A DNA stretch of 64,000 bases from an uncultured Acidobacteriota bacterium (GTDB taxonomy: Bacteria > Acidobacteriota > Vicinamibacteria > Fen-336), in assembly GCA_963720545.1 (NCBI GenBank), contig OY970399.1, positions 2,784,001-2,848,000 of the forward strand, in the 5' to 3' direction. Below, piece by piece: positions 42,797 through 53,836 of the stretch. A program made the position numbers and the translations under genes. Numbering within the stretch: the stretch's first letter is position 1; the number at the start of each line of letters is the position of its first letter. The notes beneath the pieces are model-generated. The model did not search any database, was not told where the DNA came from, and saw nothing but the letters and a program-made list of their open reading frames with translations.

Positions 42797-42804
42797 AGTA
42801 TAGT
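42797..42804. promoter_or_regulatory. Overlapping bidirectional -10 elements between GT2 and pyrE
   Basis: AGTATAGT reads TATAGT on + (42799-42804) and TATACT on - (42802-42797) in a 25-bp divergent gap. Confidence 0.6.
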
Positions 42805-42811
42805 CTTTGGC

Positions 42812-43414
42812 ATGTCCGCAGACCTGCTGGCCCTGTGGAAGGACGCGGGCGCCCTGCTCGACGGCCACTTCCTGCTCTCCTCCGGCCTGCACTCGCCGCG
42901 CTACCTGCAATGCGCCCGGGTGCTGATGGATCCGCCGACGGCCACCCGCCTCGGCACCGAGCTTGGGGCTGCGCTGGCCGCCGCGGTGGCGCCGCGCCGC
43001 GCCACGGCGGTGGTGTCGCCGGCGCTCGGCGGCGTCATCGTGGGCCATGAAGTGGCGCGCGCGCTGGGCGTGCCGGCGCTCTTCACCGAGCGCCAGGACG
43101 GCCGCATGCTGCTGCGGCGCGGCTTTTCGCTCGGCCCGGACGACGCGGTGGTGGTCGTCGAGGACGTGATCACCACCGGCAAGTCCACGCGCGAAGTGCT
43201 CGACGTGGTGAAGGCCGCAGGCGCGTCGGTCATCGCGGTCGGCAGCCTCGTCGACCGCTCCGGCGGCAGCGGGGTCGACTTCGGCGTGCCGCGGCGCAGC
43301 CTGTTTGCACTCGACGTTCCGGCCTGGGAGCCGGCGTCGTGCCCGTTGTGCCGCGACGGCTCGCTGCCGGAAAAGCCGGGCTCGCGCAGCGCCGCTGCCG
43401 CGACCTCCGCCTGA
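42812..43414 (+). CDS. pyrE: Orotate phosphoribosyltransferase
   Basis: GHFLLSSGLHS..YLQCA, VVVEDVITTGKS, C-terminal CPLC...KPGSR. Confidence 0.95.
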   Translation: MSADLLALWKDAGALLDGHFLLSSGLHSPRYLQCARVLMDPPTATRLGTELGAALAAAVAPRRATAVVSPALGGVIVGHEVARALGVPALFTERQDGRMLLRRGFSLGPDDAVVVVEDVITTGKSTREVLDVVKAAGASVIAVGSLVDRSGGSGVDFGVPRRSLFALDVPAWEPASCPLCRDGSLPEKPGSRSAAAATSA

Positions 43415-43431
43415 ACAGTCCCCGCATCGCC

Positions 43432-44205
43432 ATGCCCACGCGCGTCGCGCTGCGGCTCAGCTATGACGGCACCGACTTCAATGGCTGGCAGTCGCAGGCT
43501 CCGGGCAAGGCCAGGCGCACGGTGCAGGGCACCGTCGAGACAGCGCTCGCGCTCCTCTTCGACGTGGAGCGCGTGGCCGTGGTGGCTGCGGGGCGCACCG
43601 ATACCGGCGTGCACGCCCGCGCCCAGGTCGTTTCCGCCGCGCTGCCGCGCGCGATGGCGCTCGAGGAACTGGGCCGCGCCCTCAACGCAGTGCTGCCCCG
43701 CGACGTGCGCGTCACCGGCATCACCTCGGTGGGCGACGACTTCGACGCTCGCCGCGCTGCGTGCTCGAAGCTCTACCGCTACGTGCTCGACACCGCCCTC
43801 GTGCAGTCGCCGCTGCGCCGCCGCTACGCCGGCCACGCGCCGGGAGCGCTGAACCACGACGCGGTGTTCGCGGCAGCCGCGCTCTTTCTCGGCCGCCACG
43901 ACTTCGCCTCGCTGGCCTCCGCGGGCGGCTCGGTCCAGACCACCGTCAGGACCGTGACACGCTCCGAGGCCCGGTTCGAGGACGACGTGCTCATCTACGA
44001 AGTGGAGGCGAGCGGCTTCCTGCGCAAGATGGTGCGCAGCATGGTCGGCGGCCTGCTGGCCGCCGGCCGCGGTACCCACGACCGGGAGGCGCTGCAAGCC
44101 GCCCTGGAGGGCCGCGACCGGCGGCTTTGGCCCGCGCCGATAGCGGCGCGCGGGCTCACCCTGGAGCGCGTTTCCTACGAACCCCCGCTGGAATTCGGGT
44201 GGTAA
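43432..44205 (+). CDS. truA: tRNA pseudouridine(38-40) synthase
   Basis: YDGTDFNGWQ.Q, AGRTDTGVHA..Q, HDFAS, GFLRKMVR, ARGL.L. Confidence 0.95.
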   Translation: MPTRVALRLSYDGTDFNGWQSQAPGKARRTVQGTVETALALLFDVERVAVVAAGRTDTGVHARAQVVSAALPRAMALEELGRALNAVLPRDVRVTGITSVGDDFDARRAACSKLYRYVLDTALVQSPLRRRYAGHAPGALNHDAVFAAAALFLGRHDFASLASAGGSVQTTVRTVTRSEARFEDDVLIYEVEASGFLRKMVRSMVGGLLAAGRGTHDREALQAALEGRDRRLWPAPIAARGLTLERVSYEPPLEFGW

Positions 44206-44219
44206 CATCGAGCGCGCCC

Positions 44220-44995
<776 letters not shown>

Positions 44996-44999
<4 letters not shown>

Positions 45000-45802
45000 G
45001 CGACCTGCGCCGCCGCGTCGCCACCGCGGCGCTGACACTGCCGGCGCTCGCGGCCGCCATCTTCCTCGGACCGCCCTGGCTCGTGATGGTCGTGGCGTTT
45101 GGCTGCGGCCTCGTCGGTTACGCCGAGATCCTGACGCTCGCGGCACCTCTCGGCGCGTGGCGGCTGGCGCCAGCCGGCTTCACGCTGCTCGCCGCCGCCT
45201 TCCACGACATCGTGCGCCCCGATTCGGGGCTCATCCTGTGGCCCATCGGCCTGGTGCTGCTGCTCGCCTCGACGCTCGGCCTCGCCGGCGACCGCGAGCG
45301 AGCCATCCCGGCGGCTGCGGTCTGCGCGCTTGGCGCACTGTATGTCGGCGGGCTCACCGGCGCCATCGCCTACCTTCGGGTCGAAGCCCCGGCAGAGCAA
45401 GGCGCGTGGCGCATCCTGCTGCTGCTCGCAGCCTCGATGGGCGCAGACACGCTCGCATATTTCGGCGGGCGTTTTATCGGCCGCCGGCCGCTGGCGCCGC
45501 TGGTTTCGCCGGCCAAAACGTGGGAGGGCAGCGCCTTCAGCCTCGCGGGCGGCGCCCTGGGCGCGTGGCTCGTGGCCCGCTTCGGCATGCCTGGCGTCGA
45601 TCCACTGCACGCCTTCGTCCTCGGCCCGGCCATCGCCGCGGCGGGCACGGTGGGCGATCTGGTCGAGAGCCTGCTGAAGCGCTGGGCCGGGGCGAAGGAC
45701 AGCGGCACCTTGCTGCCCGGCCACGGCGGCATGCTCGACCGGCTCGACAGTTTGCTGTTCGGCGCAGCCGTCCTCTACTATTACTTCGTTTGGATCAATT
45801 AG
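44996..45802 (+). CDS. cdsA: Phosphatidate cytidylyltransferase
   Basis: DTLAYF.G, SPAKTWEG, GDLVESLLKR.AGAKDSG..LPGHGGMLDRLDS. Reading frame extends to CTG 44996 (SDLRRRVATA); first GTG at 45083. Confidence 0.93.
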
Positions 45803-46989
45803 TTACAAGGGGCGGCAGCGCCAGGAAAGGGCTCGCCATCCTCGGATCCACGGGATCCATCGGCACCAGCACGCTCAGCGTCGTCGACTCGTTCCCCGAC
45901 CGGTTCGAGGTCGTGGCGCTGGCTGCCGGCAGCAACGTTGCCGCGCTGGCTGCGCAGGTCGCGCGCTATCGCCCGCGGGCGGTATCGGTTGCGACACACG
46001 AGGCGGCCGAGGCGCTCGGCAAGCTCGTCGACTTGTCGAGCGTGACTATCGACATCGGCGTCGGCACCGAGGGAATGATCGCGGTGGCGACGCACCCGTC
46101 AGTCTCGATGGTGGTGGCTGCAGCTGTCGGCGCGCTCGGCCTGGTGCCGACGTACCGGGCGCTGCAGGCCGGCAAGGACGTGGCGCTCGCCAACAAGGAA
46201 ACGCTGGTGATGGCGGGGGAGCTGATGGTCACCGCCGCCGCAAGGAGCGGCAGCCGCCTGCTGCCGATCGACTCCGAGCATTGCGCGCTGCACCAGTGCC
46301 TGGATGGCAAGCCGCAGGCCGAGGTCGCGCGCCTGCTTCTGACCGCCTCGGGCGGCCCGTTCCGCGAGCGCACGCGCGAGTCGCTGCAAGGCGTGACGCC
46401 GGCGGAGGCGCTGCGCCATCCCACCTGGACCATGGGCCGCAAGATCACCATCGACTCGGCGACGCTCATGAACAAGGGGCTCGAGGTGATCGAGGCGCGT
46501 TGGCTCTTCGGCATCGATGCCGACCGCATCGAGGTGGTGCTGCACCCGCAATCGGTCATCCACTCGATGGTCGAGTTCATCGACGGCACGGTGCTGGCGC
46601 AGCTGAGCGTCACCGACATGCGCGTGCCGATTCAGTACGCGCTCAGCCACCCGCAGCGCTGGCCGGGCGCGGTGCCGCGCATGGACTTCTCCCGCGCTCT
46701 GTCGCTGAGCTTCGCGCCGCCCGACCGCGATCTCTTCCCGTGCCTCGACCTCGCCTATCGCGCGCTGCGCGCCGGCGGCACGCTGCCTGCGGTGCTCAAT
46801 GCCGCGAACGAAGCCGCGGTGGCGGCGTTCCTCGACGCGCGGCTGCCGTTCCTCGAGATCGCACCCACCGTGGCCGCGGCCATGGACGAGCACGCGAACG
46901 TGCAGAACCCGGGCCTGGACGACATCCTCGCCGCCGATGCCTGGGCGCGCCAGCACGCCGCGGGCCGTATGGCGATCGCCCACCGCTGA
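45790..46989 (+). CDS. dxr: 1-deoxy-D-xylulose-5-phosphate reductoisomerase
   Basis: ILGSTGSIG, LANKE, PIDSEH, TASGGPF, HP.W.MG.KITIDSA, NAANE; TTG 45790 is the nearest start. Confidence 0.96.
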   Translation: MDQLVTRGGSARKGLAILGSTGSIGTSTLSVVDSFPDRFEVVALAAGSNVAALAAQVARYRPRAVSVATHEAAEALGKLVDLSSVTIDIGVGTEGMIAVATHPSVSMVVAAAVGALGLVPTYRALQAGKDVALANKETLVMAGELMVTAAARSGSRLLPIDSEHCALHQCLDGKPQAEVARLLLTASGGPFRERTRESLQGVTPAEALRHPTWTMGRKITIDSATLMNKGLEVIEARWLFGIDADRIEVVLHPQSVIHSMVEFIDGTVLAQLSVTDMRVPIQYALSHPQRWPGAVPRMDFSRALSLSFAPPDRDLFPCLDLAYRALRAGGTLPAVLNAANEAAVAAFLDARLPFLEIAPTVAAAMDEHANVQNPGLDDILAADAWARQHAAGRMAIAHR

Positions 46990-47026
46990 CGTATTCTGGG
47001 AACCAGGTAAGGATCATCGCCACTCC

Positions 47027-48358
47027 ATGAGCTATCTCTTCAGCGTCCTCGGACTCGTCCTCATCCTCGGCATCATCATCTTCGTCCACGAGATGGGCCA
47101 CCTGCTCGCCGCCAAGGCCTTTGGCATGCGGGTGTTCGTGTTCTCGTTCGGCATGGGCAAGAGGCTCGCGGGCTTCAAGTGGGGCGACACCGATTGCCGG
47201 CTGTCGGCGCTGCCGATCGGCGGCTACGTCAAGCTCGAAGGCGAGCCGGACGACGTGGTCAGCGAGATGGCAGCGCCGACCGCGGTGGACACCTCGAGCC
47301 CGCACTACTTCCTCAACCGGCCGCGCTGGCAGCGCTTCCTCGTCTATCTGGCCGGCCCGGCGATGAACCTGCTGCTCACGTTCGCGATGTTCACGGCACT
47401 CTTCACCATCGGCTTCGGCGTCGATGCGACGTTCAGCGACACGCCGGTCATCGGCGCGGTTGCCGCCGGCTCAGTCGCCGACGCGGCCGGCCTCGAGCCG
47501 GGCGACACCATCACGGCCATTGACGGCAAGCCCCAGCCCAACTGGGAGAGTGCGCTTTACAACCTGCTGCTGCGGCCGGGTGCCGACCTGCGCCTCTCGG
47601 TGCAACGCGCCGACAGCGGCGAGCGACAGGAGGTGGTGCTGCGGCCGGGCACCGATGCCACGACGCGCACCGGCGTCACCGGAATTTCGCCGCTCGTGCG
47701 CCTCGGCCAGATCCTGCCGGACATGCCCGCCGAAGCCACCGGCTTCAGGAGCAACGACGGCGTGCTGGCGATCGCGGGGACCCCGATCGGCTCCTTCTCC
47801 GACATGGTGGCGGCGCTCGGCAAGGCGCCTGCCGGGCCACTCGAGTTCCGCGTCTATCGCGACGGGCGCATCATGACGCTCACGCCGACGCCGCGCGGCG
47901 GCAAGATCGGCGTCGCCCCGAAAATGGCCTTGCACAAGTACGGACCGGCGGGCGCCGTCTCCGCCGCGGTGCGCGAGACCTGGACGCAGACGAAAGGCGT
48001 GTTGAACCTGTTGAGAGGCCTGCTGAGCGGCCAGATGTCGTTGCGTGCGAGCCTCGCCGGACCGGTGGGCATCGCGCGCGCTTCCGGCGACGCGCTGCAG
48101 CAAGGCGCCGTGCCCACGCTCAGCATGCTCGCCATGCTGAGCATCAGCGTCGGCATACTCAACCTGTTCCCGCTGGCGCCGCTCGACGGCGGGCACCTCG
48201 CGATACTCGCGGCCGAGAGCGTAATGCGGCGCGACATCAGCCTGCGCATCAAGACCTACCTGATGAACGCCGGCGCGCTGGTGGTGCTGCTGTTGGTGGT
48301 GGTGACGCTCTATTCGGACCTGAGCAAGACCAGCCTGCTGGGGAAGTACCTGCCCTAG
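47027..48358 (+). CDS. rseP: RIP metalloprotease RseP (M50) with PDZ domains
   Basis: HEMGH, PIGGYV, AGPAMN, NLFPL.PLDGGH; synteny after dxr. Confidence 0.95.
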   Translation: MSYLFSVLGLVLILGIIIFVHEMGHLLAAKAFGMRVFVFSFGMGKRLAGFKWGDTDCRLSALPIGGYVKLEGEPDDVVSEMAAPTAVDTSSPHYFLNRPRWQRFLVYLAGPAMNLLLTFAMFTALFTIGFGVDATFSDTPVIGAVAAGSVADAAGLEPGDTITAIDGKPQPNWESALYNLLLRPGADLRLSVQRADSGERQEVVLRPGTDATTRTGVTGISPLVRLGQILPDMPAEATGFRSNDGVLAIAGTPIGSFSDMVAALGKAPAGPLEFRVYRDGRIMTLTPTPRGGKIGVAPKMALHKYGPAGAVSAAVRETWTQTKGVLNLLRGLLSGQMSLRASLAGPVGIARASGDALQQGAVPTLSMLAMLSISVGILNLFPLAPLDGGHLAILAAESVMRRDISLRIKTYLMNAGALVVLLLVVVTLYSDLSKTSLLGKYLP

Positions 48359-50544
48359 ATCTGCCAGGCGTACGACAGCTTCAGGAACAGCTGGCGGTCG
48401 GCGCGCAGCAGGCCGCCGGTTTCGAGGATGGCGCGGTTGTCGCCGTAGCCGAGGAACACAGCGGTCTGCCAGTTGAGCCGGTAGCTGAGGAGCGCCGAGC
48501 CCTGGAACTCGCCCGAGCGCGACGGTACCTCGAATCGATAGAGCGACGGATCGGCGTCGGTCTTCACGTACTGGCCGATGAGCCGCAGGAACAGCCGCGT
48601 GTTGAAGTTCCATGTGGCCTTCAGGCGCTGCACCTGCGCCGTGAACAGGCGGCCGCTGCCAAGCTCCGGGTCGTCCACGTCGAGCCAGTCAATCGCGCTG
48701 TTCGCCTCGAACGTGACGTGGCTCGTGGGCCTGACGATCGCCTGCACCAGCACCCGGCCGCCGGTGCCGGCGCGCGTGTTGTCGAAGTCGATCTGTTCGC
48801 CCAAGTATCCCTGCACGCCGATGCGCGAGAAGCGCCGCGACGGGTCGAACTGCAGGAAGTAAACCACCTGCTTGCGCGGCAGCACCACGCCGCTGGTGCG
48901 GACCTTCTCGAAGTTGACGTCGATCTCGCCGGTGAGGTTCTTGCGGCCCTGGAACTGCACCGCCGGGCCGAAGCGCTCGCTGACGATCCCGCCGTCGCGG
49001 TCCCAGTAGAGGTCGGCGAGCACGAACGGGCGGACGTTGTTGAAGAGTCCGCTGCGCGGAAAGATCGAGTAGCCGATCTCGGTGTCGGAGCGGCGCACCC
49101 CCACCTGCGGTACGAAGCCTTCGTCGGCGCGGAACTCCTCGGACAGGTCCTGGTAGCGCGTGCGGAAGTCCCAGGTGGTGGAGCGATGGTTCCACGCGGC
49201 CGTCAGCGCATGGCCGCGCAGCGTGCGTCCATCCCAGGTCTCCTCGAGGTCCGGCCTGCCTGGCGTTTTCGTGTCGGCGAACAGGCCCTGGAAGGTGAAC
49301 GAGTCGCGGCCGCTCGGTCGGTAGAGGATGTCGGGCCCGGCGACACGGTTGTGGCCGCCGCCGTCCACCTCACGCGCCGTCAGCAGCGCACCGATGAAGG
49401 ACGCGCCCATCTCGTAGCGCACGCGCGCGATGCCCACGGTCGACTTGAAGTCCTGCGCCACGAAGCGCGAGCCCTCCGCGCCGGGCACCACCACCAGCCC
49501 GCCGCCCTCGTCCTTGGTCACGAGCACGGTGTAAGCGGCGTTGCCGAACTTGCCGGTGGCGCGCGCCCCCCATTGCGGCGAGGTGATGGTGCGCGTGTAG
49601 AGCGCCGGGATCGGGGTCTCGAACAGGTCCACCCCCTCGAGGAAGAACGGCCGCTTCTCGGGGAACAGCAGCGCGAAGCGCTGGTTGGTGGCGATCTGCG
49701 CGACGTCGGCCTCGACCTGGCTGAAGTCGGGGTTGATGGCGCCGTCGAGCGTGGTGTTGGGGCCGGCGTTCCACTTGAAGTCGAGACCCGCGTCGGCGTC
49801 CGTTCCCTGGCTGTGCAGCGGCGTGCCCGGCGGGGTCGCGACCGCCAGGTTCTGCGCGGTGGCGAACGGCGCCAGCACGAAGTGGTTCGACGACGGCAGC
49901 GCCGCGAGGCCGCCGATTTCCTGCGAGTGGCAGATGAGGCAGTTGCTGCCGCGCGGCAGCGGCTGGGAGAAGATCGCGTAGCGGAAGGCGCGCGGATAGT
50001 TGCGCCAGATGAGCAGGCCCCAGCTCTGCGGGTCGGTGCCCGCGGCGTAGCGCAGCGACGAGAGCGGGATGCGCAGCTCGGTCTCCCAGCCGGCGGCCGT
50101 GATGCGCGAGGCGGTGTCGTAGAAGAAGTCGGGCGAGAAATCTTCGGTGCTGGTGGCATCGTTGAAGATCCCATCGCCCTGGATGCCGCGCGGGTTGACG
50201 CGGAACTCCTGCGCCGAGCGCCGGTCGTTGCGCGGGTCGATGAACACCGCGATGTTGTCGTCGGTGCCCACCACCTGGTCGCGGTCGGCGAACGGAGCGC
50301 GGATCTGCCCGGGCTCCGGATCGTCACAGCGCACGCCGACGTAGAAGTAGCGACTGTCGTACATGACATACGCGACGGTGCGCACCGTCGGCGGGCGATT
50401 GTCGCCGAACGCCGTCTCCACGAAGCTGTCGATCACCGCGGCCTCGGACCAGGCGGGTTCGTCCAGGTTGCCGTCAACGGTGATGGCGGCGTCGGTGCGG
50501 GAGACGGTGAGGGCGGCTGCGGCGAGTATCGCTAGTGCTGCCAC
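48355..50544 (-). CDS. CBM9-like + DUF5916-like outer-membrane protein, paralogue 2
   Basis: VDGNLDE..W, YD..Y.YVG, W..ELRIPLSSLRY, INPDFSQVEAD, FPEKRPFFLEG, terminal FLKLSYAW. Confidence 0.82.
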   Translation of the reverse strand: MAALAILAAAALTVSRTDAAITVDGNLDEPAWSEAAVIDSFVETAFGDNRPPTVRTVAYVMYDSRYFYVGVRCDDPEPGQIRAPFADRDQVVGTDDNIAVFIDPRNDRRSAQEFRVNPRGIQGDGIFNDATSTEDFSPDFFYDTASRITAAGWETELRIPLSSLRYAAGTDPQSWGLLIWRNYPRAFRYAIFSQPLPRGSNCLICHSQEIGGLAALPSSNHFVLAPFATAQNLAVATPPGTPLHSQGTDADAGLDFKWNAGPNTTLDGAINPDFSQVEADVAQIATNQRFALLFPEKRPFFLEGVDLFETPIPALYTRTITSPQWGARATGKFGNAAYTVLVTKDEGGGLVVVPGAEGSRFVAQDFKSTVGIARVRYEMGASFIGALLTAREVDGGGHNRVAGPDILYRPSGRDSFTFQGLFADTKTPGRPDLEETWDGRTLRGHALTAAWNHRSTTWDFRTRYQDLSEEFRADEGFVPQVGVRRSDTEIGYSIFPRSGLFNNVRPFVLADLYWDRDGGIVSERFGPAVQFQGRKNLTGEIDVNFEKVRTSGVVLPRKQVVYFLQFDPSRRFSRIGVQGYLGEQIDFDNTRAGTGGRVLVQAIVRPTSHVTFEANSAIDWLDVDDPELGSGRLFTAQVQRLKATWNFNTRLFLRLIGQYVKTDADPSLYRFEVPSRSGEFQGSALLSYRLNWQTAVFLGYGDNRAILETGGLLRADRQLFLKLSYAWQI

Positions 50545-52787
50545 GCGTAGGACATCTTAACGAACAGCTGCCGATCCACCTTGTCCAGGCGATTGGACTG
50601 GTCGAGCGCGCGATTGTCGCCGTAGCCGAGGAACAGCGCGCTCTGCCAATTGAGGCGGTAGCCGACGAGCACCGAGCCCTGGAAGTCACCTTCGCGGCGG
50701 CGCACCTCGGAGATGTAGAGCAGCGGATCGCGATGCGTGTCCACCCACTGGCCGATGGCGCGCACGAACAGGCGGCGGTCGAAGTTCCACGTGGCCTTGA
50801 GCCGCTGCACCTGCGCGGTGAACAGCCGGCCGCTGCCGAGCAGCGGATCGTCCACGTTCAGCCATTCGCGCGAGCTGACGAGCTCGAGGCTCAGGTGGAT
50901 CGTGGGCCGGATGCGGGCGGTGATGTTGGCCGCGCCGCCGCGGCCCTGGCGGGTGTTCTCGAAGTCGACCTGCTGGCCGAAGTAGCCCTGCGCGCTGATG
51001 CGCGGCAGCCGCCGCGACGGGTCCACCTGCACCAGGTAGGTCACCTGGTTGACGTCGAACAGCACGCCGCCGGTGCGCACCTTGTCGAAGGCGCCGCCGA
51101 CGTTGATGTAGGAATTCTTCTTGCCGAAGCCGACGAAGTTGCCGGCGAGATGCTGGTTGATGGTGGCGCCTTCGCGGTCGCGGGTCAGCTCGCCGATGAG
51201 TTGCGGGTTCAGCAAGCTGAAGAACGACTTCGTCTTGTAGATGGTGCCGCCGAATGCGAGGAACGCCTGGCGGTAGCCCACCTGCGGCACGAAGCCGTTG
51301 TCGGCGCGGAAACCGTCGCCGAAGTCGTTGTAGCGCGCGGTCACGCCGTAGCTGCGCGCGGTGCGGTCCCATTGCACCGTGAGCGCGTGCGAGCGCAGCT
51401 TGCGTCCGTCCCATTCGTCGGCGAGCTGCGGGCGCACCGGCGTCTCGGTGTTGCTGTAGAGAAACTGGCCGCCCACCTGGTCGCCGCCGTGACGCCACTG
51501 AAAGTCGGGGCCGGCGACCACGTTGTGCCCGCCGCCGTCCACCGCGCGGCCGGTGGCGAGGAAGCCGACGAACGAGGCGCCGAGGTCGGTGCGCACCCGC
51601 GCCACGCCGACCTTGGAGCGGAAGTCCTGCGCCGCGAACTCGGAGCCGGTGGGACCGGGCAGGATCACGAGGCCGCCGCCGCGGTCTTCCGCGCCGAACA
51701 CCGTGTAGCTGGTCGAACCCGCCTTGCCGGTGGCGCGCCCGCCCCATTGCGGCGAGGTCAGGGTGCGCGTGTAGACCGCCTGGATCGGCGTGTCGAAGAG
51801 GTCGAAGCCCTCGAGGAAGAACGGCCGCTTCTCCGGGAAGAAGAGCGCAAAGCGGTTGTTGACCGCGATCTGCGCGACGTCGGCCTCGACTTGCGAGAAG
51901 TCGGGCCGGATGGTCGCGTCGAGAGCCAGGTTGCTGCCGAAGTTGAACTTCACGTCGAGACCCGCGTCGGCGTCGCCGCGCGTCGGCCCCAGCGGCGCGC
52001 CCGGCTCCGGTGCCGTCGCGATGCCCTGCACCGCGACGTAGGGCGCAATCACGATGTGGTTCGACGACGGCAGGTTGCTGATGCTGCCGAGCACGCTCGA
52101 GTGGCAGACGATGCAGTTGTAATCGCGCGGGATCGGGCTGCTGAAGATCGAATAGCGCCGGTCGCGCGGGTAGTTGCGGCGCAGCAGGATGCCCCAGCCC
52201 TGCGAGTCGCCCTTGCCGTAGCGCAGCGACGAAAGCGGAATGCGCAGCTCCGCCTCCCAGCCCTGCGCAGAGATCTTCGCGGCGCTGTCGAAGTAGAAGT
52301 CGGGCGAAAGGTTCTCCAGACCGGTGGCGTCGTTGAAGATGGCGTCTGCCTGCACCCCGCGCGGCGTGACGCGGAACAGCTGCGCGGTGCGCCGGTCGTT
52401 GCGCGCGTCGATCATCACCGTGACGTAGTCGTCGGCGGTCGAGACGGTGTCGCGGTCGGTGAACGGCGCGCGGATCTTGCCGGGGTCCGGGTCGGCGCAG
52501 CGAAAGCCGACGTAGATGTACTTGTCGTCGTAGAGCAGGTAGCCGAGCGTATCGACCATCGGCTTGCGGTTGTCGCCGAAAGCCGTCTCGTAGAACGTGT
52601 CCACCAGGGTGGCGGCGCCCCAGACGCTGTCGTCGAGCGAGCCGTCGATCACCGGGCTTTGCGACGCGCGCGCCAGGCTGAGCGCTGCGGGACTGGGCAG
52701 GGGAGTTGGAGCGGGAGCCGGTGCCGGCGCCTGGCCGGGCGCAGGTGCAGCAATAACGAACCCGAGAATGTAGGCGAGGGTATTCAC
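50532..52787 (-). CDS. CBM9-like + DUF5916-like outer-membrane protein, paralogue 1
   Basis: IDGSLDD..W, W.AELRIPLSSLRY, PDFSQVEAD, FPEKRPFFLEG, terminal FVKMSYAW; probable GTG 52787. Confidence 0.82.
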   Translation of the reverse strand: MNTLAYILGFVIAAPAPGQAPAPAPAPTPLPSPAALSLARASQSPVIDGSLDDSVWGAATLVDTFYETAFGDNRKPMVDTLGYLLYDDKYIYVGFRCADPDPGKIRAPFTDRDTVSTADDYVTVMIDARNDRRTAQLFRVTPRGVQADAIFNDATGLENLSPDFYFDSAAKISAQGWEAELRIPLSSLRYGKGDSQGWGILLRRNYPRDRRYSIFSSPIPRDYNCIVCHSSVLGSISNLPSSNHIVIAPYVAVQGIATAPEPGAPLGPTRGDADAGLDVKFNFGSNLALDATIRPDFSQVEADVAQIAVNNRFALFFPEKRPFFLEGFDLFDTPIQAVYTRTLTSPQWGGRATGKAGSTSYTVFGAEDRGGGLVILPGPTGSEFAAQDFRSKVGVARVRTDLGASFVGFLATGRAVDGGGHNVVAGPDFQWRHGGDQVGGQFLYSNTETPVRPQLADEWDGRKLRSHALTVQWDRTARSYGVTARYNDFGDGFRADNGFVPQVGYRQAFLAFGGTIYKTKSFFSLLNPQLIGELTRDREGATINQHLAGNFVGFGKKNSYINVGGAFDKVRTGGVLFDVNQVTYLVQVDPSRRLPRISAQGYFGQQVDFENTRQGRGGAANITARIRPTIHLSLELVSSREWLNVDDPLLGSGRLFTAQVQRLKATWNFDRRLFVRAIGQWVDTHRDPLLYISEVRRREGDFQGSVLVGYRLNWQSALFLGYGDNRALDQSNRLDKVDRQLFVKMSYAWQH

Positions 52788-52879
52788 TTTGCGGGTTGGA
52801 GGGCCCCGAAGACGAGGGGAGTGTCGCAGAGGACCCTGCATAATGTAAAGCCGCAATGATTCTGTAACATGCAGATTCG

Positions 52880-53500
52880 ATGAGCCTTCACGTCGTCCAG
52901 CACCCACTCGTCGAGGACGTTCTCGCGCGCCTGCGCGACAAGGGCACCCCGTCCGACAAGTTCCGGCGCCTGGCGCACCGCGTCTCGCTGCTGCTGATCG
53001 CCGAGGCGACGCGCGACCTGCCGCTCGCCGACGTGCGCGTCGAGACCCCGCTCGAGATCGCGACCGCCCGCCAGATCCCCACGCGTGTCGTCGCGGTGCC
53101 GGTGCTGCGCGCCGGTCTCGGCATGCTGGAGGCGTTCCTCGAGCTGGTGCCTTTCGCGCAGGTGGGCTACTTCGGCCTCGAGCGCAACGAGCAGACAGCG
53201 GTTGCGCGGCGCTACTACGAAAAGATCCCCGGCGACCTCGGCACCGCCGTGGTGTTCCTGCTCGACCCGATGCTCGCGACCGGCGGCTCCGCGGCCATGG
53301 CCGTCGAGGGCCTGCAGGAGCTGGGCGCGCGCGAGATCCGGCTGCTCTCGATCGTCGCCGCGCCCGAGGGCGTCGCGCATCTCGCGAAGGTGGTGCCGAA
53401 CGCCCGCATCTACACCGCGGCGCTCGACCGCGCCCTGAACGAGCGCAAGTACATCGTGCCCGGGCTCGGCGACTTCGGCGACCGTCTCTACGGCACCTAG
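52880..53500 (+). CDS. upp: Uracil phosphoribosyltransferase
   Basis: HPLV, PVLRAGLGM, LDPMLATGGSA, YIVPGLGDFGDRLYGT. Confidence 0.97.
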   Translation: MSLHVVQHPLVEDVLARLRDKGTPSDKFRRLAHRVSLLLIAEATRDLPLADVRVETPLEIATARQIPTRVVAVPVLRAGLGMLEAFLELVPFAQVGYFGLERNEQTAVARRYYEKIPGDLGTAVVFLLDPMLATGGSAAMAVEGLQELGAREIRLLSIVAAPEGVAHLAKVVPNARIYTAALDRALNERKYIVPGLGDFGDRLYGT

Positions 53501-53557
53501 CGCCGGACGCAGGTTTCCTGCGTGCAACCTGGGCGGCGACGCTATACTCCTTCCTGA

Positions 53558-53836
53558 ATGCGCCTGACGACGAACGAGATCGAGTACGTTTCCCGCAAGC
53601 TGGTGAAGACGCTGGTCGCCGACGGCTCCATCGAGGTCGACAACACCGAGCGCGTTGTGGCGGGCATCGCCAGGGCGATGACCGAGGAGCTCGCGGTCGA
53701 GGATCGGCTGAACGACGAAGTCCGCGCCGCGCTCTCCGAGCACACCGGCACCATGGAGCGTTCCGACATCACCTACACCGACATGTTCAAGGCGCTGAAA
53801 CGCAAGATGGCCAAGGAGAAGGGGGTCATCCTGTGA
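53558..53836 (+). CDS. DUF507 family protein
   Basis: EL.VEDRLNDEVR, MFK.LKRKMAKEKGVIL terminal pattern. Confidence 0.75.
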   Translation: MRLTTNEIEYVSRKLVKTLVADGSIEVDNTERVVAGIARAMTEELAVEDRLNDEVRAALSEHTGTMERSDITYTDMFKALKRKMAKEKGVIL

